This document shows positions 63,165-64,000 of a stretch of 64,000 nucleotides of DNA, in pieces. How positions within the stretch are numbered: position 1 is the stretch's first letter; each line of letters begins with the position of its first letter. Both the position numbers and the translations under genes were made by a program. The notes under the pieces were generated by a model. It was not told where the DNA came from. It did not search any database and saw nothing but the letters and a program-made list of their open reading frames with translations. The stretch spans positions 1,787,904 through 1,851,903 of the forward strand of contig CAJINV010000001.1 of assembly GCA_905178155.1 (NCBI GenBank). Reading direction: 5' to 3'. Source of the stretch: Amoebophrya sp. A120 (lineage: Eukaryota; Protista; Dinoflagellata).

Positions 63165-64000
63165 GTTGAGAGATGCCCGTTTGTTTACAACTGTATCACG
63201 AAACTTAGATTTTTTACACTTGCTTGTTGCACTTGTTCTCTCGCAGTTTCTCCGAAGGTCCGCACTTACACGGCACAGATACCTTTCTCGATAGCGTTTG
63301 CGGCTCCCTATGCGACCGACGAGACACCTCTTGGTGTTCTTTATCTTTCCACGCCAAACAACAAGTGGCGGTTTGCTATTCATTCATGGATGATATTACT
63401 TATTGTTATTCATCATTCAGGTTGACGTTGCTGCGAAGAAACAAAAAGCCATTTTACAAAGCTTGTGATAAAACATGTTCAGGATCTGCAAGAGGAGAGG
63501 GAGAGAGTGCCGAATGGCAAAAACGAAATCATGCTGCTGCCAACAACGACGGATAGCGCAAAACTGATACGCGAAAGAAACACACATTATTTTTTTTTTT
63601 GTATGCTGTCGCTGATGGTGGGGCCTCAGCCTGAACAAGGACTACAAACACGCCTTCACTGGCAAAGAATTCAAATCTAAAAAACATCGAAAAAAAGAAC
63701 AAGCCATACACATGGCGTCCTCGAAGCTTTTTGTTTGTTTTCTCCCTTCGGAACGGAAAGCAAGTGCAAACAAGACGTAGAGGGGTCTTGAGTGTTTGCA
63801 TTGTTTTCGATTTTTGCGTGAAGAGTCTCATTTGATTTTCGATTGTTTGTTCGCGCGATTCATTCAGTGCACTATCAGAAGTCCGTGACGACACCGAGTC
63901 CCCGTTGCAGAAAGCATTTTTTCCTCGCCGGCTGATTCGATTTCGCGAAGAAAGCGGTGAGTGGTGGTGGCTGCTTATTCGCCAACTCGGTTTCCAGCTC

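Overview
Eukaryotic, intron-containing genomic DNA. The inferred source is a parasitic dinoflagellate of the Amoebophrya/Syndiniales type, based on alveolate-type genes, strict gene co-orientation and inverted-repeat non-canonical introns. About 14 protein-coding genes can be supported, all on the minus strand: an ankyrin/Cys-motif protein, Noc4-like, a tandem-PDZ protein, PAC3, a ~4100-aa membrane-containing NRPS (A-T-C-A-TM-T-C), a TGH-type MAP kinase, an N2227/CARNMT1-like methyltransferase, syntaxin-16, a tandem pair of unknown paralogues, a MYND-like protein, a Trm9-like methyltransferase, an 1830-aa unknown and a PPPDE peptidase. The main hidden structure is 11 short (109-310 bp) MITE-like introners inserted in coding sequence. 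They have (T/C)AT...ATA terminal inverted repeats and, in 10 of 11, a recognisable 5-bp target-site duplication. Removing element plus one TSD restores the reading frame, usually without GT-AG ends. Most elements also carry an internal GCAT(G/T)A(C/G)AAA motif, often spaced at near multiples of ~10 bp. A 2.75-kb TIR-bounded GC-rich insert (11033-13783) has tandem repeats and a TC/GA-depleted composition. All exon models were deduced by eye, without RNA data.
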